Below the pieces are notes generated by a model. It worked only from the letters and a program-made list of their open reading frames with translations, was not told where the DNA came from and did not search any database. From the NCBI GenBank assembly GCA_951406725.2, contig OX597814.1, positions 172,050,001 to 172,114,000 on the forward strand: a stretch of DNA of 64,000 nt, given 5' to 3'. Origin of the DNA: Octopus vulgaris (Eukaryota). Positions within the stretch are counted from its first letter, which is position 1; each line of letters begins with the position of its first letter. Position numbers and translations under genes: made by a program. Below, piece after piece: positions 24,736 through 37,005 of the stretch.

Positions 24736-25071
24736 TAAGTGTCTAATGACAAACATCTTTACATTTCAACAATCAAATCGCTAACCATGGTAATTTGATT
24801 GACTGGTTTCTTATTTTATCGCTCAGTGAAGAAGTAAAGCGCTGACCTTAGGATAATTTCACTTAATAGCACGAAGGGGCGGAATCAAATACCACAAGAT
24901 ACTTTCCCTAGGATACTTTTTGTGTACTCAACAGCGACTAGCAAGGTGAAAAGTCATCAAAACTTCTCCAATGCTCACGAGTTAACTTGTACTAAATATT
25001 CTATATATTCCTTATGTGGTCTATTTGAGGTGAATACTTCCTGTTTGTTTAATTTATATGGATATGAGGTC

Positions 25072-25722
25072 ATAATAATAAAAATAATAATAATTGTGTA
25101 CAGTGCTCAGGTGCACTACAACTCATCTAAAGTGTATATATAATCAGGTGTAGTTTCGGCGGATTTCGGAAAGCATGAGGGCCTTAAAGGATGCAGTGTC
25201 ATGGCAGTCAACAACTGACGCAGGCAGTTTATTCCATGCTTCAGCAACTCTGAGCGTGAAAAAATGTTTCCGAAAGTCATGGGAGCTGTGTTGTTTTCTG
25301 ACTTTGTAGGCATGTCCACGTGTGTTAGACACATGGAGATCAAAAAGGTGTTCAGTGTTGTTGTTGGTGAGGTGGTTGATAACCTTGTGGGTGTTTACCA
25401 AGTCCGTCGCCAGACGCCGGAGCTTCAGTGAATCCATGCCCAGGGAAACAAGGCGCTCAGAATATGGTAGGTGTCTGATGGAGGGTATGCGTTTGGTTGC
25501 ACGTCTCTGGACAGATTCCAGGAGGTCAATGTTCTGAGCAAGATAGGGATTCCAAACTGATGATGCGAATTCCAAGTGTGGTCGTACCATAGCTGTATAC
25601 AGTTTTAAATAGATGGCTGGAGAGCGGCTAACAAAAGTCTTGCTGAGTGATGCCAAGACACCCTCGGCCTTCTTGACAATTTTAGAGATATGCTTTGTCC
25701 AACGCAAATCACTGCTGACAGT
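25072..25722 (-). mobile_element. 3' fragment of a CR1/L2-group LINE (RT C-terminus, short 3' UTR, (TTA)n tail)
   Basis: ORF 25144..25782 contains LYTAMVRPHLEFASSVWNPY..LESVQRRATK..YSERL..LGMDSLKLRR..TRGH..FFTLRVAEAWNKLP. It is uninterrupted and 5'-truncated at about 25722. Confidence 0.92.
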
Positions 25723-25796
25723 GCTGCTAAGTCGTTGTATATGACATAACCAAACGTGCGTGCATGTATGTATGTCCATCAATCAATTAATCAATC

Positions 25797-25849
<53 letters not shown>

Positions 25850-25902
25850 GCTATCTAGCTATCTATCTGTCTATTTGTCTGTCTGTCTATTTATCTATCT
25901 AT

Positions 25903-26046
25903 AGGCGTAGGCGTGGCTGTGTCGTAAGGAGCTTGCTTACCAACCACATGGTTTCGGGTTGAACCCCACTGAGTGGGACCTTGGACAAGTATCATCTACT
26001 ATAACCTCAGGGAATTTTGTGAATGGAAACTGAAAGAAGTCCGTCG

Positions 26047-26126
<80 letters not shown>

Positions 26127-26365
26127 CATCTGTGTGTGCGTGTTTCTATGTGTGTGTGTATTTGTGCCTGTGTTTGTCCCCCCATCACCGTTTGCCCGCC
26201 GGTGCTGGCATGTTTACATCCCCGTAACTGAGCATTTCGGCAAAATAGGCCCAAAAGAATAAGCACTAAGTTTTAGAAAATAAGCCCTGCGGTGGATTTG
26301 TTTGACTAAAACCCTTCAGATTGGTGCATCTGTATGGCTTCAGTCGAATGACTGACAAGAGATGA
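25903..26365 (+). mobile_element. Diverged family B SINE with internal (TCTA)n
   Basis: Head, CORE-like block and 3' half are recognisable. Confidence 0.75.
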
Positions 26366-26401
26366 AAGACTCGCGCGCACAAAATTTATATATATATATA
26401 A

Positions 26402-26798
26402 CTAGCAGTATCGCCCGGCGTTGCTCGGGTTTGTAAGGGAAATAACTATATAAGCATTTTTAGAGAGTTATAACCAAAAAATAGCAAAAAAATGCATTAA
26501 AAATGGAAAAAAAATTATGGTAATTTTTTTTAAAATCGTTGACTCATCGTAGACATTTTTAGTGAGTTACTTCCCTTATATAATAGCGAAAAAATGCATT
26601 AAAATTGAAAAAAATGATGGTAATTTTTTTTTTAAATCATAGACTCATCGTAGACGCGCGCTAATACCCAGAAGGGCTCGATATGAATCACGACTATAAG
26701 ATACCCGGTTTTGGTTAAACTGCACCGCAAAATGTGGGAGTAGTTAGGAATCTAAATCGTAGGAGACAGACACACAACTTCACTTTTATATATAAAGA
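26402..26798 (-). mobile_element. Non-autonomous Helitron
   Basis: On the minus strand it starts TC and ends with hairpin cccgagcaacgccggg followed by CTAG, inserted between A and T. Homologous to the 40353 and 41212 copies. Confidence 0.9.
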
Positions 26799-26806
26799 TA
26801 AAAGGG

Positions 26807-27122
26807 AATGGAGAGTTCAAATTGACATATCTTAATTTATTAACACAATGTTATTATTATTATTATTATTATTAATATTATTATTAGAATAATATAAAAA
26901 CATTAAAAAAATATATAAATACAATCCCTACAATTTTTTCGATTCAAACAAAAAGCAAATTTATAAAATTCATATTATTATAAATTTGCTGTTGGTTTTG
27001 GGGTTTGGATCGAAACAATTTTAGAGATTGTATTTATATTTATTTTAATATTTTTATATTAATGTAATAATGATATAATACTATGTTAATTTATTAACAT
27101 ATGTCAATTTGAACTCCCCATT
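26807..27122. repeat. AT-rich foldback/MITE-like inverted repeat, diverged arms of about 150 bp
   Basis: Ends aatggagagttcaaattgacatat / atatgtcaatttgaactccccatt; inner gcaaatttataa / ttataaatttgc. Confidence 0.75.
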
Positions 27123-27261
27123 TAATTTTTATTATTGTATATTGTGTATATATAGTGATTTATACTGTAGAAATTTTTCTACTAAATATTATATATTGGG
27201 TATTGAACAGTTAACCAATGAAAATTGGATGTTTTACATCCCTATGAGAATATATATATAT

Positions 27262-27320
<59 letters not shown>

Positions 27321-27832
27321 GACAGACAGACAAACAGACAGAGGGAGGGAAAGAGAGAGACATACGCACCAAAAGTGCATAAAAATAATAGGTCAACAAT
27401 GAAAAAAAAAGAAAAAGAAACAAAAATTTATTTCCTACGTCCTGCATCTCTGTTCCTGAGAAACGGTTTCAAATACTTATATCGGTTATCTGTCGTTTCT
27501 ATCGTATTTATATGTATTGGTTAAAATGTGATATAGGTTTTAACAAGATTTTATATCTTTTTATGAATGACAAACTAAAACCGCTGAGGTTCTCAGTTCA
27601 ATAAAGAAACCCAACAGGGCTAAGGAAAATTAATGATATTTCATACGTCAATATGGATATTAAACGTAGGGCAAGCAGCAAGCAAAACTCCAAACGTTCC
27701 GGATTCGAACATCAAAGAGACGACTTTCTTTCTTTTCTATTTTTTTCCTTACAAGGATGTAAAGAAGGCAACACCGGCTGTCAATCAGTGGTGGGTGAGT
27801 GACATACATACGCACACACACACAGACACATA

Positions 27833-28248
27833 TACTCTTTTACTCTTTTACTTGTTTCAGTCATTTGACTGTGGCCATGCTGGAGCACCGCCTTTGATCG
27901 AGCAACTCGACCCCAGGACTTATTCTTTTGTAAGCCCAGTACTTATTTTATCGGTCTCTTTTTTCCGAACCGCTAAGTAACGTGGACGTAAACACACCAG
28001 CATCGGTTGTCAAGCAATGCTAGGGGGACAAACACAGACACACAAACACACACACATACACATATATATATATATACATATATACGACAGGCTTCTTTCA
28101 GTTTCCGTCTACCAAATCCACTCACAAGGCATTGGTCGGCCCGGGGCTATAGCAGAAGACACTTGCCCAAGATGCCACGCAGTGGGACTGAACCCGGAAC
28201 CATGTGGCTGGTTAGCAAGCTACTTACCACACAGCCACTCCTGCGCCT
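27833..28248 (-). mobile_element. SINE family B, full length, with (AAAGAGTA)n tail
   Basis: Matches the 17605 copy. Confidence 0.92.
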
Positions 28249-28514
28249 CATATATTATTTTATTCTTCTATATATTTCAGCCCTAAGGCTGGGGCACCGA
28301 TGTCTATTATAATAATGAGTTTGTTTGTAAGTTTGTCCAAAATCACGCAATAGGGGAGTAGCAGAGTAAGTAAGACTAAAAAAAGAGAAAAGAGACAAAA
28401 TGGTAATAACAATGAGAGAGGGAGTGGTATCAAACAGCGCCTCTCTCTCTCTCAACAAAAACCTTTACACTATCTCTCTTTCTTTCTCACTCTCTCTCTT
28501 TCTCTCTCTCCCAT

Positions 28515-28555
<41 letters not shown>

Positions 28556-28628
28556 AATGTGACCTCGTGTGTACCGTTGGCGATTTTTTTCCTCCGTCTT
28601 CCCTTCTTTGGATCTTTCATTTTCCTAT

Positions 28629-28663
28629 GTTTCTGACGAAGAGCTCCGCTCGAAACTTTAAAC
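28629..28663 (+). ncRNA. Minimal type I hammerhead ribozyme motif in a repeat of about 200 bp (28557-28765) bounded by microsatellites
   Basis: gttt-CTGACGA-A-GAGC-tcc-GCTC-GAAA-CT-TT-aaac. The CUGAnGA/GAAA core is intact and stem III is degenerate. Confidence 0.6.
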
Positions 28664-28764
28664 CCTCCTTCTTTCCTTATTTCCTGAACGTCCAATAATA
28701 CTATACTTGTTCCACGTCCTCGCGTTGTTGTGTTTTCTCTTTGTGTTTTCATGTTTGGATTAAC

Positions 28765-28826
<62 letters not shown>

Positions 28827-28896
28827 AATTTATCTATCTATCTACAGACGCATACACACAATCTCTTTCTCATCTCTCTTTTTCACTCTCCCTCTC

Positions 28897-28942
<46 letters not shown>

Positions 28943-29293
28943 TTTTTACCGCATGAAACGGGAAAAGATCTTGAAGACAAACTTCATCGCCTTGGCAAAA
29001 TTCTTCATTCATAAATATTTATAAACATTACTGTATCGGTAAGTATTTGTAAATATTTATAATTACCTTCCTTTTATATTTAGTTTTCTTTAAACAGACA
29101 ACATTACCAAGCTTTCTTTCAATAGAAAATATTGTAATTTTATGACTTAAAAATTATTACTTATTTACTTCTATTCTATTCTATCAACTTTGCAGCATTT
29201 TAAGCAGAAAAATCTTCCAGAACAGTCAAACATCCATAGAGGTACAGAAAAAATAATTTTGATGTGCAAAAATCTTATTTACTTATCCTTTAT

Positions 29294-29598
29294 CCCGTGA
29301 TCACGTGACCGACCAGACCATCAGATGTTGTTACACATCGCTGGTCACAATACGTTCGCATTGTTTTAGCCTTCGAATGACGCCACCCCGCTGGCTAAGC
29401 GAGCAGGCCAACAGAAGAAAGAGTGGGAGAAAGAGTGGTGAAAGAGTACAGCAGGGATCACCACCCCCTGCCGGAGCCTCGTGGAGCTTTTAGGTGTTTT
29501 CGCTCAATAAACACACACAACGCCCGGTCTGGGAATCGAAACCGCGACCCTGCGACCGCGAGTCCGCTGCCCTAACCACTAGGTCATTGCGCCTCCAC
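29294..29598 (-). mobile_element. SINE family C, tail type 2, with 13-bp TSD
   Basis: TSD acttatcctttat at 29281-29293 and 29599-29611. Same tRNA head and body as the 16093 copy but an unrelated 3' tail. Confidence 0.9.
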
Positions 29599-29678
29599 AC
29601 TTATCCTTTATATTGTTATTAATGTTTACCGGGATAAAAAATAAGCGTTCATCAAATAAAAATGAAAATGTCGTTGCT

Positions 29679-29750
<72 letters not shown>

Positions 29751-29969
29751 GAGAGGGAGAGTGAAAAAGAGAGGCTGATAGACAGAGACAGAGAACGCGT
29801 AGACGTTGCTGGAAAAAAATAAGTCGCTGTGTGTATGCCGTTAGTGTAATCCTGTGTAATTTTGGACTTTGTATGGTTACGTATAGACACACACACACAA
29901 ATATATTCATTTGTTTTGAAGTTTGTGTTCCGTTATATTAAATATACTCATCCATCTGCTAAGGAGAAT

Positions 29970-30508
29970 TAATCAGACAAAGGCGAAGAACAGCCAGTCA
30001 CACTCAGGAAGAACTGGACGCAAGAAGATTAAACAATAGATTAAGGTTATTAAATCAATCACAAGAAGTGAGACAAGAGAGACGAGCGCAAGAGCATGAA
30101 GACAGGCTCGAAGACACCAAAATGAAAAGAAGCGCCTAACTGCACAAAGGAGCGATATCCATAGAGAGAGAACAGCACAAAAGCGCCAAGATGGAACAGA
30201 AGAGCAAGCAGCAGTGAGGAGAGAATACCTAAGAATGAGATCATCGCATAGGCGACAAGATGAAAAGGAAGAAGGAGCAGCACAAAGGAGAGAGATCGGA
30301 AGAGAGAGAACATCCAGGAGAAGAATGGAAGAATTTATTAATACTGAAACGGACCGTCCAAAACAAGGCGAACTCATTGCTGGTAGGGTTTTTCACTAGA
30401 TACGTGATGTTGAAGCAATTACTGAGATAAAGGTTGTAATGTTTTTATTTTAATTTGATTTTCCGCACCATTTTCATGCCGTCGTTTCTGACGGTACGGT
30501 TACACTAG
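29970..30508 (+). mobile_element. Helitron-like remnant encoding 23-aa STPR-like repeats
   Basis: HQNEKKRLTAQRSDIHRERTAQK / RQDGTEEQAAVRREYLRMRSSHR / RQDEKEEGAAQRREIGRERTSRR. A 3' hairpin ccgtc-gtttct-gacgg is followed by CTAG|T at 30505-30509. 5' boundary uncertain. Confidence 0.65.
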
Positions 30509-30555
30509 TATATATATATATTAATCGAAGTGTACAATATTATATATTCATTATG

Positions 30556-30639
30556 ACTGATCTTACCAATCGGTTTCGCACTAGGAGTTCAACGGAGTGT
30601 TAAGTCTGATTATATAACCATGTGTTCATCAGAGATAGC
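30556..30639 (-). ncRNA. Type I hammerhead ribozyme motif
   Basis: Minus strand: atct-CTGATGA-ACAC-(loop of about 40 nt)-GTGC-GAAA-CCGATTGG-TA-agat. Confidence 0.7.
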
Positions 30640-30664
30640 TGTTATATAATAAAATATAGCGACT

Positions 30665-30717
<53 letters not shown>

Positions 30718-30784
30718 GGATATCTCTCCTTTGTGCAATTAGGTGTTCCTTTTCATTTTGATGTCTTCGAGCCTGTCTTCTTGC

Positions 30785-30954
30785 TTCATTTAAAGCGACT
30801 AAACCTAAACAATTAACTGAAAAAAGATGGGACGTACCACTGGGAAGTGAACACGACATCAATGTAAGCATGTAAAAGCATTGATGTCATGTTCACTTCC
30901 CAGTGGTTCGGCCCATAATTTTTTCAGTCATTTGTTTAGTCGCTTTGAATGGAA
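30785..30954. repeat. Imperfect inverted repeat with arms of about 75 bp
   Basis: accactgggaagtgaacacgacatcaatg / cattgatgtcatgttcacttcccagtggt, plus outer aaagcgactaaac / gtttagtcgcttt. Confidence 0.85.
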
Positions 30955-31005
30955 CATATATTATTGCAAATAATATATGATGATATATATATATATGTAT
31001 ATATA

Positions 31006-32276
31006 CAGACATGCACGAAGTATATAGCAAATTTTAATTTTCAAAATTTCTTAAGCGTTTTTAATGTTTTCAGCGGAGTAGAATTTACAATGTAATTATG
31101 CTTTTTCATTCCAGGTGCCATTATATTAAACATATGCGAAGAGTAACCATGCCACGCACAAAAAATTCAGCAGAACTGTCAGATTTTCAAAGGGGTCGTA
31201 TTCTTGGGCAATCTGAGTCTGGTCTTAGCCAGCGAAAAATTGCCGAAAATCTTCAAATTCCTCTTGCTAATGTTCATAGCATTATAGTGCATTTCAATAG
31301 CCAAGGAAAAGAATCAAAAGGTTCACGTCCCGGCCGACCTGGGCCCTCGGTAAGGAAGCTTCGCTGTTTGAAGAGAATTGTGGAAAACGAAGCTCGTTCG
31401 AAGGCTTCTGACATTGCAAAAGTTAGTCCAAGAACGTGTGTTACATATCTGCATAATCTTGGGTATTATGGACGAGCATCTAGAAGAAAGCCTCTCCTTC
31501 AACCAATTAATATCACGAAAAAAACAACAACAAAAAAACAAGAAATAAGCTAAGGAGATGTCAGAAAAATCCAGTTCATTTTGGGATAGAGTGATTTTCT
31601 CAGATGAATCCAGATTTGCATTATTTTCAGACAGTGGACGTGTTTGGGTCTGGAGGCTTTCCAATAAAGAATTTGATTTGAAACGACTCCAACCAACTGT
31701 GAAACATGGGCGGTATCTCTGTAATGCTATGGGGCGCTCTCAATGGTGGTTCTGAGCTGATCGAAGGTGTTGGAACCATAAACTCTGAAAAATACATCGA
31801 AATACTTAAGCAAGGGCTACTTCCGATGTATTCACACGATAACATAACGAAAAATGAGATTTTATTCATGGAAGATGGGGCTCCATGCCACACAGTGAAA
31901 AGGAATCAACAATGGTTGACTGAAAATGGGATCAAAAAGCTTCCTTGGCCAAGCCATCTCCTGACATGAACCCAACTGAAAATCTTTGGAGCATACTAGA
32001 TAGAGCAATATGAAAAACTCGACAGAAACCTAAATCTAAAGATGAATTGCTTCGATTATTGCATGAAAAGTGGGCAAAAATTCAACAAGAAACAATCACA
32101 AAGCTCATCAGTTCAATGCCAAAAAGAGTTTCTGAATTAAAAACTGCAGAGGAAATGTCAACTAAATACTAAAGTATGTAGTCCTACCTATCGATTATAT
32201 TTCAATTGTTAGCTTTGCATATTAAATAAGAGATTTTGAAAATCAAAGGTGTCTATTTACTTCCTGCATGTCTCTG
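31006..32276 (+). mobile_element. Full-length decayed Tc1-family transposon (second family)
   Basis: TA at the left end. Imperfect TIRs of about 50 bp: cagacatgcacgaagtatatag..ttttcaaaat / attttgaaaa..ctatttacttcctgcatgtctctg. Confidence 0.9.
31149..32172 (+). pseudogene. Tc1 DD34E transposase pseudogene
   Basis: MPRTKNSAELSDFQRGRI..RPGRP..RRKPLL, WDRVIFSDESRF, FMEDGAPCH, LPWPS..PDMNPTENLW, ..STKY*, with frameshifts. Confidence 0.92.
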
Positions 32277-32789
32277 TGTGTGTATGTATATATACATTAC
32301 GATGAAAGTAAACAAACAAACGAAGTTTGCTTTAGAAGCGTTGAGATGTCTTGGAAAGTTAAAGAAGTGATTTTAAATTCTAAAACGCAGGATAATGCTA
32401 ATAATATAACCTGAACAGGATAAGCTACCCCTATTTTGCAGAAAAAAGTGTTGGCGGCCAGCTGGAAGTACGTGTAATACTACTGCTGGATAGCACAAGG
32501 TGAAATCTGAAAGTGGACGAGCTTTATACTGTACTCTGCTATGTTCTTAACAGAATATAGCAAATATAGCATAACTATATATATATATATATATATAAAT
32601 ATATGCTATATTTATATATATATATATATATCTATAGCATAACTATATATATATATATATATTATATAGAGGGCATTATTACACATAAATGCCACACGCT
32701 AAGAGGGACTTTCAAAGTCATTACTACCAAAAATAAACGAATCGTACCGAATGTAGCTCTCGAAGTAAGACATTTAAAAAAAGAATTTA

Positions 32790-32853
32790 GTTCCAGATCA
32801 CCTGTGATTTCGCAATTAACGTATTATCTACGTCTTTTGTTCATCAGTGAAAC
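32790..32853 (-). ncRNA. Type I hammerhead ribozyme motif in a (TA)n-flanked element of about 390 bp (32670-33060)
   Basis: Minus strand: gtttca-CTGATGA-ACAA-..acgta gataa tacgt..-TTGC-GAAA-TCAC-ag-GTGA-TC-tggaac. Confidence 0.75.
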
Positions 32854-33097
32854 ATATTCAGAACATATCATAAATAAACAAAACCTACATACCCGGCGGA
32901 ACCAAACAGACAACTGTCGCCTCCATCGTAGCACATGGAAATGTTCAATCATCATATATTCATGTAAATGGCGGGCTTTTTCGAACTGCATTTCGGTGAG
33001 AAACGTGTTTCTTCGGAACAAATTTTACAATTAAGGATAAAATCTTAATAAGAAATCTTTATATATATATATATATATATATACATACATACATACA

Positions 33098-33129
<32 letters not shown>

Positions 33130-34084
33130 ATCGACGGACTTCTTTCACTTTTCGTCTAACAAATCAATTAAGAACGCTTTGGTCGGCCCGGAACTATAGT
33201 ACTATAGTAGAAGTCACTTGACCAAGGCGTCACGCGGTGGGAATGAACTCATAATCATATGCCTGGGAAGCAAACTTCTCACCACACAGCCACGACTTCA
33301 CTCTTTGTCTAGATAAAGGTGATCGATCTGATTAGTTTCCGTGTTTATTATCGCTTTCAAAGAGATCCATTATTCGCTTTATTAACCACAAGAATTATTT
33401 ATTTCTAGAAAATATGACTTTCGACATAATCAATTTGATCTAAATCAATTTGCATAAGAGAGCAAGCGCTGCCTGTGTGAAACAATTAGATAATTGCATG
33501 TTTACATCCCGTTAGCTAGCGTTTCGGCACAAAGGACCGATAGAATAAGTAACAGGCTTACAAAGAATAAGTCCTGGGGTCGATTTGTTCGACTAAAGGC
33601 GGTGCTCCAGCATGGCTGCAGTCAACTGATTGAAACAAGTAAAAGAATGAAAGAATATGTATGTATGCATATGTATATACACATGGAATATTACTCACAG
33701 ATACACATAAAACTGCGTTTATTTATGAATACGCGTGTGTATCAGTGTGACAGGTCGTGTGCTATTGGTGGGGGTGTTTTTAAATTCGTCAGCGGACACG
33801 GATGAGTGACTGCCAACCACAAGCCGCTGGCCACTTGGATATTTTCCTGGCATATTAGGTTGGTGACATGCGCGGTATAAAGAAAGCCCCGTGCAGTTTA
33901 GACGATACGCTCTGTTTGCCTGACCCGAGTGTGGATAAATAGAGGTCAGACTAGAATCATATGCTTCAAAGCGTCAATACAGTGGGTTTCACACACGCCA
34001 AGATCCTTTGCAAACGAAGTAATACCAATGCACATGTTCGGATACTCAACGCATTCTTAACCCTTATTACCAGATTCTAATGTC

Positions 34085-34123
<39 letters not shown>

Positions 34124-34126
<3 letters not shown>

Positions 34127-34500
34127 CTTCTCTCTCTCTCTTTCTCTTTCTCTCTCACACCTTCCATCTCTCTCCCTCTCTCACACCTTCCCTCTCTCAC
34201 ACCTTCCCTCTCTCACACCTTCCCTCTCTTCCTCTCTCACACCTTCCCTCTGTCTCTCTCCCTCTGTCTCTCTCCCTCTCATACCTCTCACACCTTCCCT
34301 CTCTCCCTGTCTCACACCTTCCCTCTGTCTCTCTCCCTCTCCCTCTCTCTCACCTTCCCTCTCTCTCTCTCATTCTCACACATCTCACACCTTCCCTCTC
34401 TCTCCCACTCTCACACCTTCCCTCTCTTTCCCCTCTCACACCTTCCCTCTCTCTCCCTCTGTCACACCTCCCCTCTCTCTGTCACACCTCCCCCTCTCTC
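34124..34500. repeat. Pyrimidine-rich minisatellite, unit about 16-18 bp (ctctcacaccttccct)
   Basis: Directly visible between (CA)n tracts. Confidence 0.9.
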
Positions 34501-34617
34501 CCGCACACACACACACACACACACACACACATTGGCACATATAGTCCGATGAAGCTTAGCAGGCAAAAAAAAGTTGACGTCACAAATATCCCTCATCTCT
34601 TAAAAGTTAAATATTAA

Positions 34618-35130
34618 AGGCACAAGCGCGGCTGTGTAGCAAGAAGTTTGATTCTTAAGAACATGGTTCCTGGTTCAGTCCCACTGTTTGGGACCTGGGG
34701 CAAGTGTCTTCTACTATAGTTTCGGGCTGACCAAAGCCTTGTGAGTGGAAACTGAAAGTAGCCCGTCGTATACACACATACGCATGCACATGCGCGCTCA
34801 CACACACACATACATACATACATACATACATACATACATACATACATACATACATACATACACACACATACACACCACACACATATATGTATATATCTCT
34901 CTATGTGTATCTTTGTATCAGTGTTTCTCCCCCAACCACCGCTTGGCAACAGGTGTTGGTGTGTTTACGTCCTCATAACTTTACAGTTCGGCAGATGTGA
35001 CCGGTAAAATAAGTACCACGCTTAAAAAGATAAGTACTGTGGACGATTCATTCGACTAAAAATTCTTCAAGGCGGTGCCCCATCATGGCCGCAGTCTAAT
35101 GACTGAATCAAGTAAAAGATAAAAGATAAA
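34618..35130 (+). mobile_element. SINE family B with expanded internal microsatellite
   Basis: Head, CORE-like block, 3' half and (AAAAGAT)n tail are present. Confidence 0.85.
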
Positions 35131-35509
35131 AGCTGTACCCAACTAAAAGAGCATTGTGTAATTCTTCGCTTTAATGTTGAATTGCTTTTATATATAATTT
35201 TCATGACTTTTCTGTGATACACGATCCCTATTGATCGATTTTTTTTTCCTTTTTACGATCCCTTTTCATCGAAAACCTACCCAACTTTTTTTTTTCTCTC
35301 TAAAAAGAAAAGCTCTACTTTGTAATTTGTCCCGTCTTTGTTCAGCCCTGTGTGGCTAATAAAGAAATATATATAATTTGACAAACATAACGTACAAACC
35401 AGGATTTGAGCACTTCATCGAAATATGAAAAATTTATGTTTTTTATGCATCCAGGTTGGTTACCTGGGTTTCTAAGCTGCAGTACCCTAAGAAGGCTGTG
35501 TTTACAAAT

Positions 35510-37005
35510 ATTCTTTTCTACTCTAGGTACAAGGCCCAAAATGTTTGGAGAGGTGGGGTGGGGGTAGTCGATTAGATCGACTACAGTATGCAACTGGTAC
35601 TAAATTTATTGATCCCAAATGGCAATGTCGACTTTGGCGGAATTTTAACACAGAACGTAGCGCCTGACGAAATACCTATTTCTTTACTACCCACAAGGGG
35701 CTAAACACAGAGAGGACAAACAAGGACAGAAAGAGGGATTAAGTCGATTATATCGACCCAAGTGCGTAACTGGTACTTATTTAATCGACCCCGAAAGGAT
35801 GAAAGGCAAAGTCGACCTCGGCAGAATTTGAACTCAGAACGTAACGGCAGATGAAGTACCGCTAAGCATTTCGCCCGGTGTGCTAACGATCCTGCCAGCT
35901 CGCCGCTTCGTTTACAAATACATAGTAAGGGTGGTTAATGAGTAGAATCGATCAGATGACAGACAAAACGTCTTGTGGTATTTAGTCTTTTGGCGGCGAG
36001 CTGGCAGAAACGTTAGCACGCCGGGCGAAATGCTTAGCCGTATTTCGTCTGCTGTTACGTTGTGAGTTCAAATTCCGCCGAGGTCGACTTTGCCTTTCAT
36101 CCTTTCGGGGTCGATAAATTAAGTACCAGTTCTGCACTGGGGTCGATGTAATCGACTTAATACCTATGTCTGTCCTTGTTTGTCCCCTCTGTGTTTAGCC
36201 CCTTGTGGGTAATAAAGAAATAGGTATTTAGTCTTTTGTTGTATGTCAACATTCCACCGAGATTAACTTTGCCTTTTAGCCATCGAGGATCAACAAAAAA
36301 TAATGAAAAAAAAAACAGTATCAGGGTACTGGAGAATATGTAATCGACAATTCCCATCCTTCTAATTAGAGGCCTCATGATTATATAAGAAATCACTGTT
36401 ATTTGATAAGCAAAGGCGGAGAGCTAGCAGAATCGTTAACAAGTCGGACAAAATGCTTACTGGCATTTCTTCCGACTTTACGTTCTGCATTCAAATGCTA
36501 CACGCGTTAACTTTGCCTTTCATCCTTTCGAATATCGATAAAATAAGTACCGGTTGACAAGGCTAAGCTGAGAGAATTGTCATCGAGTCGGACAAAATAC
36601 TTGGTGCTATTTCTTCTGAATTTATATTTTGAGTTTAAATGCCGCCGGGGTCGTCCTTGACTTTCATGCTTTCGGTGTCAATAAAATAAATACCAGTCAA
36701 GCAATGGGGTCGATGTAATCGACTTGCTTCCTCCCCCAAAATTGCAAACCTTGCGCTAGAATTTGAAACCAATATTTATTTCTTTACTACCCACAAGGGG
36801 CTAAACACAGAGGGGACAAACAAAGACAGACAAACGGATTAAGTCGATTACATCGACCCCAGTGCGTAACTGGTACTTATTTAATCGACCCCGAAAGGAT
36901 GAAAGGCAAAGTCGACCTCAGCGGAATTTGAACCCAGAACGTAACGGCCGACAAAATACGGCTACGCATTTCGCCCGGTGTGCTAACGTTTCTGCCAGCT
37001 TGCCG
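35510..37005. mobile_element. Cluster of about 7 family A SINEs on both strands, with nested young copies
   Basis: Young copy 35992-36222 (+) has the 15-bp TSD ggtatttagtctttt. Other young copies lie at about 35677-35906 (-) and 36777-37005 (-). Confidence 0.88.

Noticed and set aside
34540-34570. CCGATGAAGCTTAGCAGGCAAAA hammerhead-like string
   Set aside because: It has two core mismatches and no supporting stems.
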